From positions 124,001-188,000 of the forward strand of contig JAQGDQ010000078.1 in assembly GCA_030141605.1 (NCBI GenBank): a stretch of DNA of 64,000 nucleotides, written 5' to 3'. The DNA is from Tubiluchus corallicola. Taxonomy: Eukaryota; Animalia; Priapulida. Shown here piece by piece: positions 50,812 to 64,000 of this stretch. The notes under the pieces were generated by a model. The model saw only the letters and a list, made by a program, of their open reading frames with translations, did no database searches and was not told where the DNA came from. Numbering within the stretch: position 1 is the stretch's first letter; every line of letters begins with the position of its first letter. Made by a program: the position numbers and the translations under genes.

Positions 50812-51079
50812 ATACTACATCACCATGCATATTATGAAATTACTAAGGCTGTACTAGAAGATAATAATGTTGCCTGTTAAAAATCCAAGTCGTATAAGCT
50901 ACCACGCCGAAAAGATCTACTATTTTTACCAAAGTTGTACCATGGATACTACATCACCATGCATATTATGAAATTACTAAGGCTGTACTAGAAGATAATA
51001 ATGTTGCCTGTTAAAAATCCTAGTCGTATAAGCTACCACGCCGAAAAGATCTACTATTTTTACCAAAGTTGTACCATGG
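50812..51079. repeat. 134-bp tandem duplication (2 copies, 1 visible mismatch)
   Basis: atactacatcaccatg...gttgtaccatgg at 50812-50945 and 50946-51079. Confidence 0.92.
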
Positions 51080-51099
51080 ATTGTACTATTACTAGTCGG

Positions 51100-51520
51100 T
51101 TAACGCTTAGGAGCACGTGCTTTATTCTGTTGTTCCACCGATAACGTGTAATGACTGCGCGCTGCGCAGTTCATCGGATGCGCACAAGTCGCACAATCGT
51201 TATGAAGCACGAACTCTCAAGAACCGAATAATCTTGTAAAAATCATTCTTCTGACATTATTTTTGTGAGCTAAGAATTGCGCAACGCATATAACACAGGT
51301 TGTATATACTTAAAAGTGAAACACCTTTCTAAAAAGCTTCCCGTTAAAAGTTGAAAACAAAAGCCCACGCAGTCGCGCACCGACACGCATCCACGTGGAC
51401 AACGAAAGATTTCGATCATCTATTAAGTGCGCCGCCATTTTGTTGAATTATGCTCTGTTGCTCGCCCTCGTGGAGGATTTTCGTGTTCGCGCCATGAATG
51501 TTGTCGACAATAAGCGTGGT
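51100..51520. promoter_or_regulatory. Putative bidirectional promoter of AASDHPPT and the MGA-like gene
   Basis: Lies between the head-to-head genes and is locally GC/CpG-enriched. CACGTG at 51114 and 51392; YY1-type GCCGCCATTTTG at 51431-51442. Confidence 0.55.
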
Positions 51521-52602
51521 TAAACTTCATTTTTTATATGATTCATGCTATTATCTGTCATTATTGAAGCAACAACGTGATCGTAAGAATAAGGTGATTT
51601 AAAAGTTCAATAAATCTGAAGTGATACATTTTCGAAAATGGTTGTTTAAGTTAAAACAATTACGTTGAAACGAATACCAGTTTGGGGTTTACTTTTGGAC
51701 AGCAAATGAAAATAACCGGTCCAGTTTCAAGTTAGATTAATAGTCCTATAAGTCGAACAAAATGAAAGTTGAATTTCCAATGAGATGCGCCTAAAGCATT
51801 GAAGAGCATTGTATTAGTCCACTTAACTTTTTTAAATGATATGGCTATACTTCTTTTTGCCACAAGATTATCACACGTCACAAAATTTTGCAAAAGTTAC
51901 TAAATAATTGAAATTTCTTAATGAAACTTGACCAATAGAAATTAGAAGTCCCTAACTTTGAATGTCTACCTTCTCGTAAATTAGAATTGACACGTCCTAG
52001 ATAAAGGAACCATTACTGGAAGGACTGCTTAAGTGATGGCGAATGAAAGGACTACCTGTTTTTCTGAAATCTCAGTGTCTCAATTAAATTGCTAATAATG
52101 TTATAACGGCAAAATGACATTTATTTTTACCCGCTTATTGTTAGAGGAATCACAAAACAGCCAGAGAAGTATACACAGGTTAGAGTCCTCAATTTTCGCT
52201 CCAATGCTTAATGAATTGAAAGTTTTTGTTTTTGTTTACATAATAAAGTGTCTTGTACTCAGCTGTATAATAGACCGCAGGCCTACTGCTCTACTAAACA
52301 TGTATGTGTAAAAAGGTTTTAAGTCGTAACTATATTAAATTTCTTCTAGGATTTGTTTGCATAATTCTTAGAATACAAACAAATGAACCTGGTTTATTGT
52401 AGCCAGAAAAGAGCCTCACCTTTTCTTGTCAGTAATCATTACGACTATGTGGCACATTGACAATAATATATCATTGTGATTGTGCGGCGTAGGGAACAGC
52501 TTGCAAACAATCAAAATGCATTATTGTGTCTAAAACTTTGTGATTAACACTTTGTACGTGCATATATTTGACAGTCTTTTTTGGTTCTTTTTAGTGTTGG
52601 TT

Positions 52603-55600
52603 ATGGGAAAATCACGCAAGAAGTTGGAAGATGCTCAGTGCAGTCCTTTTGGGAAAAGTTTGCTTCCTTGCCAGAGAAGGGAACTAGCAGTAGAAGTAAA
52701 GAAATTAACTAGTGGCCAAATAAACGGTCATAATACATTTGTCACTAAAAAGCGCCAAACTGCTCGAAAAAGTTTCCAGCATGCATTTGGCTCACCTAGG
52801 AGTTCGTGTTTTGTGGCAAGAAATATTTTTGACAGTTTGTCATCTGATTTCTTTGACAGCAGTTTCACTAAAGTGGAAGATACTAAAAGTATAACATCTA
52901 CCAGTTCTGTCAGTCCTTGTCCTAAGGATTGCTCAATATGTACATTTGAGCATAAGCACACACACGATCAGTTCATTCAAGTTGACCCACTTCACTTACC
53001 TGACAAAAGTCTGCTAGATGAAGTGAGCCATGACAGATCTGAACAAATTCGTGATTTGTTACAGTTGAGCGTTTGTGATACATTAACAAGTAAGCCAAAT
53101 GACATTGATATCAGCCGCTTTGGTGCAAAAGCAATTCCACTGCTTTCGCCAGTTAAAGCTAATGTACTTGCAGCAACAAGCATTGACGAAAACAACTTTG
53201 CTTCGAATTTTCTGCATAAAAAGCCCAGTCAGTCAAATATTAGCTCAAATTCTGAAACTATTTCAAGTCGTGATAATCTCCTAGACAAAGTTAGTTGCAC
53301 AGAAACAGAGACTGCAGTGAATTTTGAAGCCTGTGATGTTTTTAATGTGCAGAGTAAAAACAATGAAATTGTAGATGCCTCACAACATGATGTCAGTGAT
53401 GTACCAGTTATAGATGGTCCTTATGATGTTAGTGATGTACCAGTTATAGATGGTCCTTATCCTCTTGAACCATGTGTGACTAATCACGCAGCAGTGGAAG
53501 TATCAGTGGAGAATAGCCTAGCAGATAAATTGGCACATGTTCCTGATATAGATGAAATAGATGGTGTAAACTTTCTTTCTTTTGCAACAGAAAAGGCCCT
53601 GAAAGAATTTGTAGCAAAAAATAATTTTACAAGAAATAAGACAAAGCGGAAGCCACGGAGACCCAATATTTTAACACTCCAAGCACATCGGAGGAAAATC
53701 ATGCAGCAGCGGTACAAAAATATTTATTATAAGAAGCTGCAAAGCAAAAGCTGTTCTGTTTCGTCGTACCTAAAAAAACGAAAGTCGGCTTCAAGAAAGG
53801 TGAAGCCCAAGAAACGAATTCGTGTAATACCAGAATATGAAAGTGACCTGCATGGGATTTTGCCGACCAAAACAGCTGATGTTACTCAAATCAAAGGCTG
53901 GAAAAGAAAAACTTTTTTGCCAGCTGTGTGCATACCAAAAATTGGTATCACGCCTACTACCAATGAAAAAATACCTGCTACAAATGGAAAGGCCATCGAT
54001 GAAGTAGAAGAATCAAATACTAGCCCTTTTAATAGTGAATTTGAAGAATACGTTCGAGAAGAAGTAGATGAAGGTCTTGGCGAAGAGGAATTTGCTATTA
54101 AACTCGAGCTTCAACAGCAAAGCATCAGAGAAGGAAATATGGTACCATCAGAAAATGTTCTCAAAGAAAGTGAGTCTTTCCAACAACTACATCTTAGCCG
54201 TGATGATGACAGCACATTACCTGAAAATAGCCATATGATAAGAGAATCAACTGTTCATCAAGCAGAATGTCTTGCAGTAAATACAAATAATGAAGCTGAT
54301 ACAGTTTCAGCTGAGCAAGAGACACTTCCCAAAGTTATCAGTGTTTGTGGGTCGTCATCATCAGATGCAATATTTGAGAGCTCTTTGCTTGAGGATTGCT
54401 TACAAAATGAAATGCATTATATAGCTTCGAATCAAATGCCTGCAAACAGAATGTCTGCTTTAGATCGCTTAATGAAAAAGTTTGATATGGGTTCTAAAGA
54501 AGAAAAGGCGCAAAATACAACTAAGATTGAAAAGCTTGAAAATGATCCAAACAAAACAACAAAAACCATCAACAAAAAGAGAAGCTATGGATCTAACAGA
54601 AAGGAAATAAAACTTACTAGCACAGAAAGTGTTATAGCTGATCCTAATGCAGGTGTGGAATGGAAAAGTCGAATTGGATGTGGCTTAAAGAAAAGCAAAA
54701 AACCAAAGACTAAAAAGGAATTAATGGACAAAGCTAAACAGAATTTTAAATCTGCTGATGCAAACAAAAGAATAATTTGTAACAAATGGGCCCATCCCTT
54801 GAAACTAAAGACAATTGGAATGAAGGAAGCTGTTGCTGCTGTCGATGTTCTTCAGGTGCCTGCAAACATTATAGACAAAAGATTGCCATCTCCTGTAGAA
54901 ATCCTTCCAGAATCTGGAATAACCTGTACGGAATCTTTCACTTTGCCATACTGCTGTCTGGGTTGTGTTTGTGAGAGTATTAAACAAGCTGGTCGACAGA
55001 GAACAAGATCCCACTGTGGCAATGTTGATTGCATGTTTGGATGTACATGTGGCCATGGTGCTAGCGAAGAAGGAATAAAAAGGAGAAAACTTTTTGATTC
55101 CAGCTCAATGTCTATTCCAGATCCTGACCCTCCACTTAAGTTGACTGTAGGAAGACGAAAAATTAGACAGCCAGAAAGACTCAAAGATAATGCTTGGCAT
55201 TTCTTGGAAAACAAGATCACTAGCGACAAATTGCTCCACACCACTTCAAAATCATTGAAAACTACGGAAAAGTCGCAGCATTTAATGTCTAAAAAGTTCA
55301 ACCAAGAGTCCATGGTATATAATAAAGGAATTGTTACTTCTGCTAAAGTTTTTGCAAAGCATGCAGCAAAATTTGAGGCAAAAAAGGATTTAATGCATGT
55401 TGAATTAGCTCGCGTGAAACCAATAGCTCTTAGTAATAGTAAGGTACCACCTAAGATATTTCAGCCACTTGATCCAGAAGACATTTTATATGGCTATGAT
55501 GGAGCTTCTTGTCGAACTAAAATTTGGGATAACAAGTATAAAGTTTTCAGGTCACCGGTGGAAATTGGTAAACTAGATGTTAAAGAGGACAGTTGTAGTA

Positions 55601-58600
55601 AACAGCAATCTGATAGCCTTGATATTGCAAACAACGATAATACTTGTACAGAATCTGACACTCAGTCTGGACATCTTGAAGAGGGTATTGTTTCACCAGA
55701 CAGTGTTCAAAATGTGCTTAAAACTGAAGAAGATGCACTGTTTGAGAAAGATACGTCGATTTACAAAACATCGCTATCAATTGCTAATTTCATAATGTCA
55801 CAGTTTAGCGGCACCTTGGAAAAATCAACATTTAACGCTTTATTGTATGTTATTAAACAGAATCTTAAGGAAATGAACACCGATACTTTTGAAATGAAAG
55901 ACGTTTTGCCTCTGTTCGTAAGTAAGTTAAAAGAAGAAAAACTCATCGAAAACAGTTGCTGCAAGCAAAGTGCTCCAGCTGAAGAAGCTTTCATACAAGG
56001 CTCAACAAAAGAGGAAGACATTCATACTTTGAATACAAAAGATTACAAACAAGAAACCTTTGTAGAAAATCAGACAAAAGAAATACCTCTTGCAAACACA
56101 GATTATAAGTCAAGTGCTTCTCAAAGTGTGTCACGGCGGAAAAGCCTTTCTACAGAGAGGAAGTTTTGTAATTTTCCACTCTCTCCACCCACTAATTTAA
56201 ATAGAAGTGAATTATCTGGTTTTCACAACACAAAGAGAAGTCGAAAAATTAAATCATTTTCTATGGCATCCTCCTTTCGTCCATCTAAAAAACAGTCTTC
56301 TGTTAAACTTGCTTATGACAAAGGAAAAATTATAAAACCAAGCACCTTAAATGGAAGCAGTTCCGGAGTATTAACTGCTTCAAAATTATTATTTGGCCCT
56401 GGTGGCTTAGCAGCTGGTGGACGGCTTCCTCCAGTCAACTCAGAAGCATCTAATGCTACTTTTGCGCATTCAAACAAACCTGATGAGTTATTAGAAAAAA
56501 ATGATCCCTGCTTCAAAATGGACAAGGTAACTGTTCCTGGTGATTCAGATACTGAAGAACAGCTTTTGTTTGAACTTGCCAAACTGCCAGCAGTGAATGC
56601 TGAACCTGCTCCAATAGACCTATCAGAAGCAACAGCTTGTGTAATGCCATCTGTGGACAAAAAACCTCTTATGGGATCTACGTCTGCTATGCAAGAAATG
56701 GTGATTAAAGCTAACTCCATTTTATCAAGTTGCCTTGCAACTGAAGTCTGTGACAAAGATGAGAGTTTGATGAGTACACCTGCCGCTTCTGTGATAGCAA
56801 TGTCAGTTCCTAGTACAAATATTCCCGCTTCTGGTACTTCAGAAAGCATTACATGTAGAGTGGCTACTTCATCCACACAGCACTTGTCAAGTTCTGGTAT
56901 TACACAGCCTGATACTGCAAACACTATTGGTAACACTACAACATGTACAACAATCACTAATACTGTTTCACAGATTATTGATCGATCACTGACTCAAGGA
57001 TCAGTTGGTGCAATGCCAGGAATTCCTACAACTATTCCCCTAGAAACGAAAACAACTCCATTACTCAGTCTTCCACCCAATATAAAATTTGCAGACAACA
57101 TAAAATTACTTATTCCAACAAAAGTATTTTCTCAACATATACAGTCTGCTAGCAAAAAGTTCTCACAACCTGAAAAACCAAACGAAAGTGCTTCCTCGCA
57201 TATTGTACCTACCTCACTGAGATTGCCTCTCCAAGCAGTTGTACCTCAGGGACATCCTTTGTTAATTCCTGTTGCACCTAGAATGGATTGTGAGCATAAA
57301 ACGCAAAATAGAACAAACATCAACGTTGGTAGCACCACAAAAGCTAAACTCAATAAACATGACTGTGGTTTGGTAAACACCATTACGATTACACCAATGG
57401 CAACAGTCGCACAGCCTACTAGTGCACAAAAGGTAACCCAACCTGTTAAACGTGGAGTGATTACACCTGCTCTTCCTTTGTTGCAACTAATACCTGTAGC
57501 TTCAGTCAATAAGACTTTGTCAACCTCTACAAATGTTGTTGACAGTCAAGTAACCTCTCAGAGCATGTGCATTCCAGAGCCACTGAGTTTACAAAAAAAA
57601 TTAAGCATAGCTGATACAAGCAGATCTATATCAATGGATACAAAAGGCAATTTCTCCAAAGAAGATCTTACTGAGCATAGAAATCTTATAATACCACGAA
57701 ATCCTTATAGGACACCTTCTCCTCCTGTTCCTTGCTGCAATGTCGAACTACCATTTAGATTGAAAATGAAAGAGCTTATGCAACACTCTTTAGAAGAAGA
57801 TCAGGATACTGTATTGTCAGATGGTGGGAATTATAGCACTGCAGAAAACACTCCAGTTTCAAATGTACTTTTAGATGTTGCTGATAATAGACATCCTGAT
57901 GCAATAAATGAAGAAGACAGTAGTACTATTGGTAGTGCAACCGAGAAGAATGACTTCCAGACCAAAGTTCGCACTACTTTTCCAGAAAATTCAATGTCAA
58001 GATGGTTAAGTGATAGTGACCACACTTACATAAGCAGCAGTTCTATTTCTAAAACAGTTGGATACAGTAGCATTAGTAATTTGGAAAAACAGATGCCAAA
58101 TCTGCAATCTACATCAGATATTCTGTCAGAGCAAAACAGCATATTTGAAGACATGGTTGTTACCAATCTTTCAACCAGCAATCCTTTTTCTGAACTAAAA
58201 GACAGTGGTCCTCGTGAAGAATATAATGACTTGGGCAGTAGTGAATTTAAAAATAATTCACTTGTTAATAATGCTTTCAGTGACAAAAAGTTGAAGGAAA
58301 TTGACTTATTTGAAGGCTTGTCTACAAGAATTGTAACTAGAAGTCCTGTTTCTCAACTAAGAAATGCTAGTCCTCTTGGAGAATGTGACGACTTAGATAG
58401 TACGTACACTAATTCACCTGCTATTACTGAGCCAGTCACTCCTAGTGGTACTTTCCGTGACAAAACATCTCTTTCCGACCTGAATGTTGACCTTGCTGTT
58501 CAGAAAGCTGCTTCTCAGGCAAATGCTTATACATCTTGCAATGAAAATATTGGAATAAGTAGTTCGGAATACAAAATTGATAATTATGAGAATGAAGACA

Positions 58601-61360
58601 TTAATTCACCATTAAATTTTAGCAGTAAGTCAGAGCGAAGTGATAGGTTACTGACGAATATGTCCATGCACTCACCCACACTACCACAGTTAGACATTGA
58701 TGATGTCGACCATGACTTGAGTCTTTTGAATCCAACGACCCTTTCACAGAGTGTATTAGAAGTTTTAAGTTCCGAGGATGCTATCTTAGATGAAAATCAA
58801 TGTCAGACGGAGTCAACTACTTCATCTGGTCAGCACTTGTCAAAGACTAGTATTGCTTTATTTGATTCTGCAAATAGTTATACTACAGCACCTACAACTG
58901 TCTCTAGTACCGCTTCAGCAGAGCCGTTGAAATATACTGAAGAGCAAGTAAAAAGTTTTGAAAATGGTGAACAAGAATTCAGTGGTAGTCCTTCTTTGAA
59001 TAAAAACTTTATCGAGTTTCTTGGAAACTTTAAGATTAACTTGTGCGACATTCCTTCTCACACGAATGATTCAACTACCTCGTCACTTAGTGGAAAGAAT
59101 TACGATGCATCTACAAACAGCTCAGAAACTTCTAGTTTGGCAAATGACTCAGAAGTAGATATTGAATATTTGAGTGATGAGGATATAATCGATATCATTA
59201 CTGAAATTCCATTGATTTTTGAATCTGAACTAACAAAAGCTGAAAGTGAGTTTTCAGAAAGCATTTCTGACGACAGAAGCCTTAAACAAGAAGACCGTGA
59301 AGGCCAATGTGATAAACCTCATTTTTCAAAACAAAGATGTAAAACAACTCACAAATATAGAGAAAAAAACAGAAGACGTCAGTTATCTCATAGCATTCGT
59401 GTCCTTAAAAGCAGATGTCCAACCATTGCATCAAGTGGTGCTGTTCCAAAACACGTTGTATTAAAAGAGGTATGAATACTAAGTATTATTTGTAATACTG
59501 CTGATAATGTTGTGATTTCACTCTGAAAGGTCAAACAAACTGAACTGTCTTTAGATATGTATAACTACCAAGGTTGCCTGACGCTGGAAGGTTTAATACC
59601 ACATATATAAACTCACTCATCTGGCAACTATATCTCTGTTGTTATGAAGTCCTGTAAGCAGTCCCTAGATTCATAATACAAATTAAAAATTGCTGTAGCT
59701 TAAATTCTGGATATTGTGCAACTGCAGTTTATATGGCAACGTTAACTGACAATAATGTTAAAATAACTTTTTTAGTCCCATTGAAGTTAGACCTGCCCCT
59801 GTTGACATAAAATACATTGTTTAAGAAACAAAAACTCAGTTAGTCATATCACTTTACAGCAATTGCATGTTTGCTTTGTTCATTTGCAACAAACTGGCTT
59901 TGACTTCAAATTAGGACTGAGCTTGGGTTACCATCTTTAATGTGAAGAAGAAAAGATAGGAATGCTTACTATAAATATCGGTATTGGATCTCTTTCAGTC
60001 AATTTTATAATGTTCACTTGCTTGGCCTTGACTTTTGTTCTGACATTAAGCGGCAGAAATATCTTTTAGAAGTGCCCTGTATTTATTAGAAAGCATGGGA
60101 TGCCATATCCTGCTTGAAATTATTCAAGTCCTAGAAGCATACACTAAGTTTTACAGGTCTTCAGTCTGGTTGAGTCGGATATGGGGTCGACCCTGCATTC
60201 CATGCTCATTGAAGGTTAGGTATTAAGCTACTTTATCGCAGCTGCGAAAGATGCACTCAGGACCTCTGGTCATTGGTTCCTAAACATTGCCATTTTGTTC
60301 CTGGGTTGGGATGGTCGAGTTGTATAGACTTCAGGATGCCAACCGCTATATTTATATTTGCATATACTATTTATATATTTATTTATATATTATATATTAT
60401 TTATTTATTTATATATATTTATTTGCATATTTATATATCTATATTTGCATAGACTTGTATGTTTTAATGCATCTCGTTTTAATTACCAAACTCGCTGTAA
60501 CGCCAACTCTTTTGCATTCCCGAAATAGGCAGTATAAAGGGGTTCGACTGAATTGTCACAAATCGTACTTGACTTCTGGTTTTATGTAGGCAATTAATTT
60601 TGTGAAAGACTTAGAATTTGAAGAGCAGTGCCTGCGTAAGAAGAAAATTAGTCTACAAGCTAGACAAAACGTTCTTAAGAAACGCTTGGAGCTCCTTTGG
60701 CAAGGTAAACTTTATATTTAGTGTCAATATTTATTAAAGTGAAAATTCTATAGAACTTCTTCAGTGACTGTTGACCTTCACATAAATTTACCATAATCAG
60801 TTTATCTGATTTTCATGATTCCAAGTGTCTCCAGGATTCGTCTTCTACACCACTTGATATACTCCTCATAATTGCACCTGTTGTCATTTGTGCTTGTGGT
60901 ATAGGCTGTTTATAATTAAACCTGTATGTAAACTATGTCCAAATTATCTTAACTTAGTTGCTTTAAAATGACCACAAGTTTCAGGGCATATTAGCATGCA
61001 CTCCCTTTAGCAGGCCTTTTACTAAAAAAAACTAGCTATTTACAGTTTTATATTTGCGCCTGTTGTTATGATTATTCCATAATCTTGTGAGATGGTTTTT
61101 ATTATTACCTGAGGAACAATTAGCTAATTTAGCAGTACGTTTTCACTTGATAGTGTTTGCTGGCTGTACTGTCAACTCAGTACTGTGTACTGTCAAACGC
61201 TTTTTCATTTCTCTATCTTCGGAGAAATATTTCTATTTCAGAGAAAAATGGGCCAAATACGAAAGCGAGGATAACGAGAATTGACCTTAAACGAAATCTT
61301 TTGTTTTGGAAGATCGACAGTTGTGAGGCAGATGAAACAGATCATCAGTTCTCAACGTGA
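52603..61360 (+). CDS. MGA: MGA-like (MAX dimerization) bHLH-ZIP transcription factor, about 2366 aa
   Basis: Giant exon with acceptor at 52593-52594, ATG 52603 and donor 59470. It contains the MGA-type Cys motif C..LGCVC.S......HC...DCMFGCTC (54925-55050) and basic/helix 1 HKYREKNRRRQLSHSIRVLK...PKHVVLKE. Exon 60590-60704 completes helix 2 and the zipper (AINFVKDLEFEEQCLRKKKISLQARQNVLKKRLELL). The probable last exon 61242-61360 is less certain. Confidence 0.8.
60155..60344 (+). mobile_element. Short retroposon with AGGATGCCAACC 3' end followed by decayed (TA)n, in the MGA intron
   Basis: GC-richer island ending in the same 12-mer (60333-60344) as the 5S element, then an AT-rich microsatellite to about 60450. 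The left boundary is approximate. Confidence 0.5.
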
Positions 61361-62229
61361 TTCTATTGTAAATGTTTAAATTAATGTGTTTATTTTACTG
61401 TAAAGTTTGGTGTTAAAAATATCGCAATGTAATGTAATATTTTTTGTGAAAACATCTTTTTTCGAAAGTTGTTATAAATATAAGAAAATTTATTTTTTGA
61501 TTCTAGAACAGGGCATATGGATGTCTGAGTTTAGGCTGGAAGGTCATATAAGCTGGCCGCTTATAGTAGGCACTGGCAGATCACATTGCAATTGGACTTT
61601 TTGTTCCTCTGTTAGGAAGAATACTTTTCAGTTGTCAGTTTAGTTGCTAAAACAGTTATTGTGATAATAATTATTGTAACTAATCATGTCAGATAATGGA
61701 TAGAAAACTATTGTACTATAATGTTACTAAGTTAAAATTAATAATGTACAGTTCTACAAGAGCTTTTAAGAATAAGGAAAATCAAGACAATGATGTTTGA
61801 TAGTTTTGCAGCATTGTTTCAGTAGCACATTATTAAGAAGGACAACCATTTTTGACATCTTAAAATATATTTTAAATGATCTTATATTTTTTTGTCTTAA
61901 ATGTTGCTACCTTCAAAATAAGACAACTTTCAGTCATTCACTCTTGTACATTATTAGCTGTTCTGTAAAGAATTTTCAAGGATTTTACAAAATATATATT
62001 AGATATTCTTGTTTTTTCTGATAAATTATCACACAATTCCTCAATAGCAGGGATTAGTAAATAAATATTTAAGTTTAAACAAGTTTATTTACTATCGTTA
62101 CAACCAAAAGCACAGCATAAATTACAAAATATGAAAATTTTTAGAAGAATAAGAAACAAGGTAGAACATGCAGCAACAAGCACTTTTTCACTGTTACAAG
62201 ATATATGAACGAAATAAAGTACACCCATT

Positions 62230-64000
62230 ATTGTCTTCCTACTTCTTAGTCATCATTGTGATCACTAATCATCTTTACCTTCGATGATCGGGGCGAAGCT
62301 AATAGCTTTTTGCCCATGGTTGTAATACTTAATTATATACCTAAGTTTGTGGATCCGGTTAAACACTGTAACTGTTAATATTATGCCATTGTGGTGTATA
62401 GTCAGGTGTGAGTCTTTAATTCTCCACCAAAAAGGTCCATTCAGGCTGAAATGGGTCGTGGTACATTTCAGGACGGTCTTTCCAATACTGATCCAGTTGT
62501 ATCTTAAAGTGTGAAGCATTAGTGGCACACCATACTTTAGTATTTAATGAATTCCACTCACTGACATTCCTGAACATGAACCTATTCCTGTTTCTGCATC
62601 TGGGCTTAATAACTTTATATCCAGTACCTCGTAGATTATTAGCAAAATAACGACCATGCTGTAGTTTAGTCATATTGTTCTTGATACGAAACATTAGGAT
62701 CAAACCACCTCTCTTCCTTCAAAATGTCAGTGAGGGGAGCTTCAAATTCTTCATCCGTTCTGAATACGTCAGATGATTCATGGAATCTCAGGATGAAATT
62801 TCAGGAACTAATTTTATAGTTCTACGTTGGACAGATTCCACTTTTCTTATTGCATTCAGTCTAGATGGATTCCATATGACATCTCTGTAGTCACGGATAA
62901 GACGGGCAAAGGTTTTGTATAAAATCAGAAACATCGGGATATCTAGGAAACTGAAAGTTCTTCTAATTAACCAAAGCCTCTTGCTTTCTTGGTGACTCCA
63001 TCAGTATGTTGGCTAAATGTCAGCTTGTTATCCACATATATCCCAAGATCCTTTCAACACTCAATTTGCGTTATGATTCTCTGTCCACCTGACGTATCAC
63101 TCACGAAATTGTTAAATTCGTTATGGTTGTTCCCTAGATGCAGCGTTTTGCATTTATCTGCATTAAATGGCATTTGCCATTCTTTGGACCATGCATCCAT
63201 GACTGATATGTCACACTGCATTGTCATACGATTATAAACTGACTTTACACTTTTGTGTCATCGGCAAACATTTTGACTGTTGATGTTAATTTGTCTGGTA
63301 GGTCGTTAGCAAAGATAAGAAATAATAAGCACACTGCCCTGTGGTACGACACTCATTACAGCAACATCGGATGACTTACTAGAGTTGATTATTACACACT
63401 GCGAACAATTTGTTAAAAAATCTTGAATCCATGCTAAAATGTTACCAGATATTCCGTAAGCCTGCAGTTTTGAAACAAGTTTCTTGTGGGGAACCTTATC
63501 AAATGCTTGCCGAAAATCATAATATATCACGTTTACATCCCAGCCAGTCAGTTAAAACATCCAGCGTGATTTTTGAAATATCATCTTAAGCAGAGTTGCT
63601 AGCATTATCTTAAGCTGCTTTATTGCGAAGAGATGAAACTGATCGGATCCCATTGCTGAATCATCTTTGAGATGAGAAATGGCATCAATAATTAAATTCT
63701 CTGTGACTTCTGTTGAGCTGATACTGTGTCAGTTTGGCTGGCAAATCGTACATTAATTTCTTCCTCATCAGTAAACCCACTTGCAAAATACTGATTTAAA
63801 AGTTGTGCCTTATCAAAGTTCAGTTGTTTTATACACCATTGTTATTCAATGTTGGAACTTTATCCCATTTATTTAGATTCTGATTTACATATGCCCAGAA
63901 TTGCTTTGGTTTTTCTCGTGCAGACTCAACAAAGGTTCTCTCATAATTCTTCTTTGCATTGCGAATGACTGGCATTGTTCGATTTCTCTGTTGCACATAA
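62230..64000 (-). mobile_element. Decayed CR1-type LINE (continues beyond the window)
   Basis: YYDFRQAFDKVPH...WIQDFL...VPQGSVL (63530-63306), FADDTK (about 63270-63253), LRG..YK, EWNSL; many frameshifts and stops. Confidence 0.92.

Noticed and set aside
52540-52602. N-terminal 21 aa of the 2311-aa ORF (GTG start)
   Set aside because: Mostly polypyrimidine tract and acceptor sequence; first ATG is at 52603.
52728-59464. Many antisense and alternative-frame ORFs within the MGA exon
   Set aside because: Shadow ORFs of a long coding exon.

Overview
AT-rich, intron-containing eukaryotic (invertebrate-like metazoan) DNA; I cannot name the species. Three spliced genes were assembled by hand from GT-AG junctions with consistent phases. 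(1) A 19-exon relaxin-receptor-type LGR (LDLa, linker, 10 LRRs, hinge, 7TM; about 822 aa) on + at 9300-40297. (2) A 6-exon 4'-phosphopantetheinyl transferase (AASDHPPT; about 281 aa) on - at 41905-50541. (3) A divergently transcribed MGA-like bHLH-ZIP factor on + at 52603 to about 61360, with a 6.9 kb exon, the Cys-rich MGA domain and no visible T-box. Introns and intergenic DNA hold decayed CR1/L2-type LINEs, tRNA-derived SINEs, MITEs with recognisable TSDs (hAT-, Harbinger-, Kolobok- and Ginger-like) and microsatellites. The most unusual items are: a full-length 5S rRNA head fused to an RTE-LINE-like body and tail (candidate 5S-derived SINE); a hAT-like MITE carrying a copy of a neighbouring host exon end; a LINE tail that may now supply the branch point of an AASDHPPT intron; and intronic fold-back elements with hammerhead-like cores. 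No clearly new multi-gene system is demonstrable from sequence alone. Family assignments come from motif recall, not from database searches.
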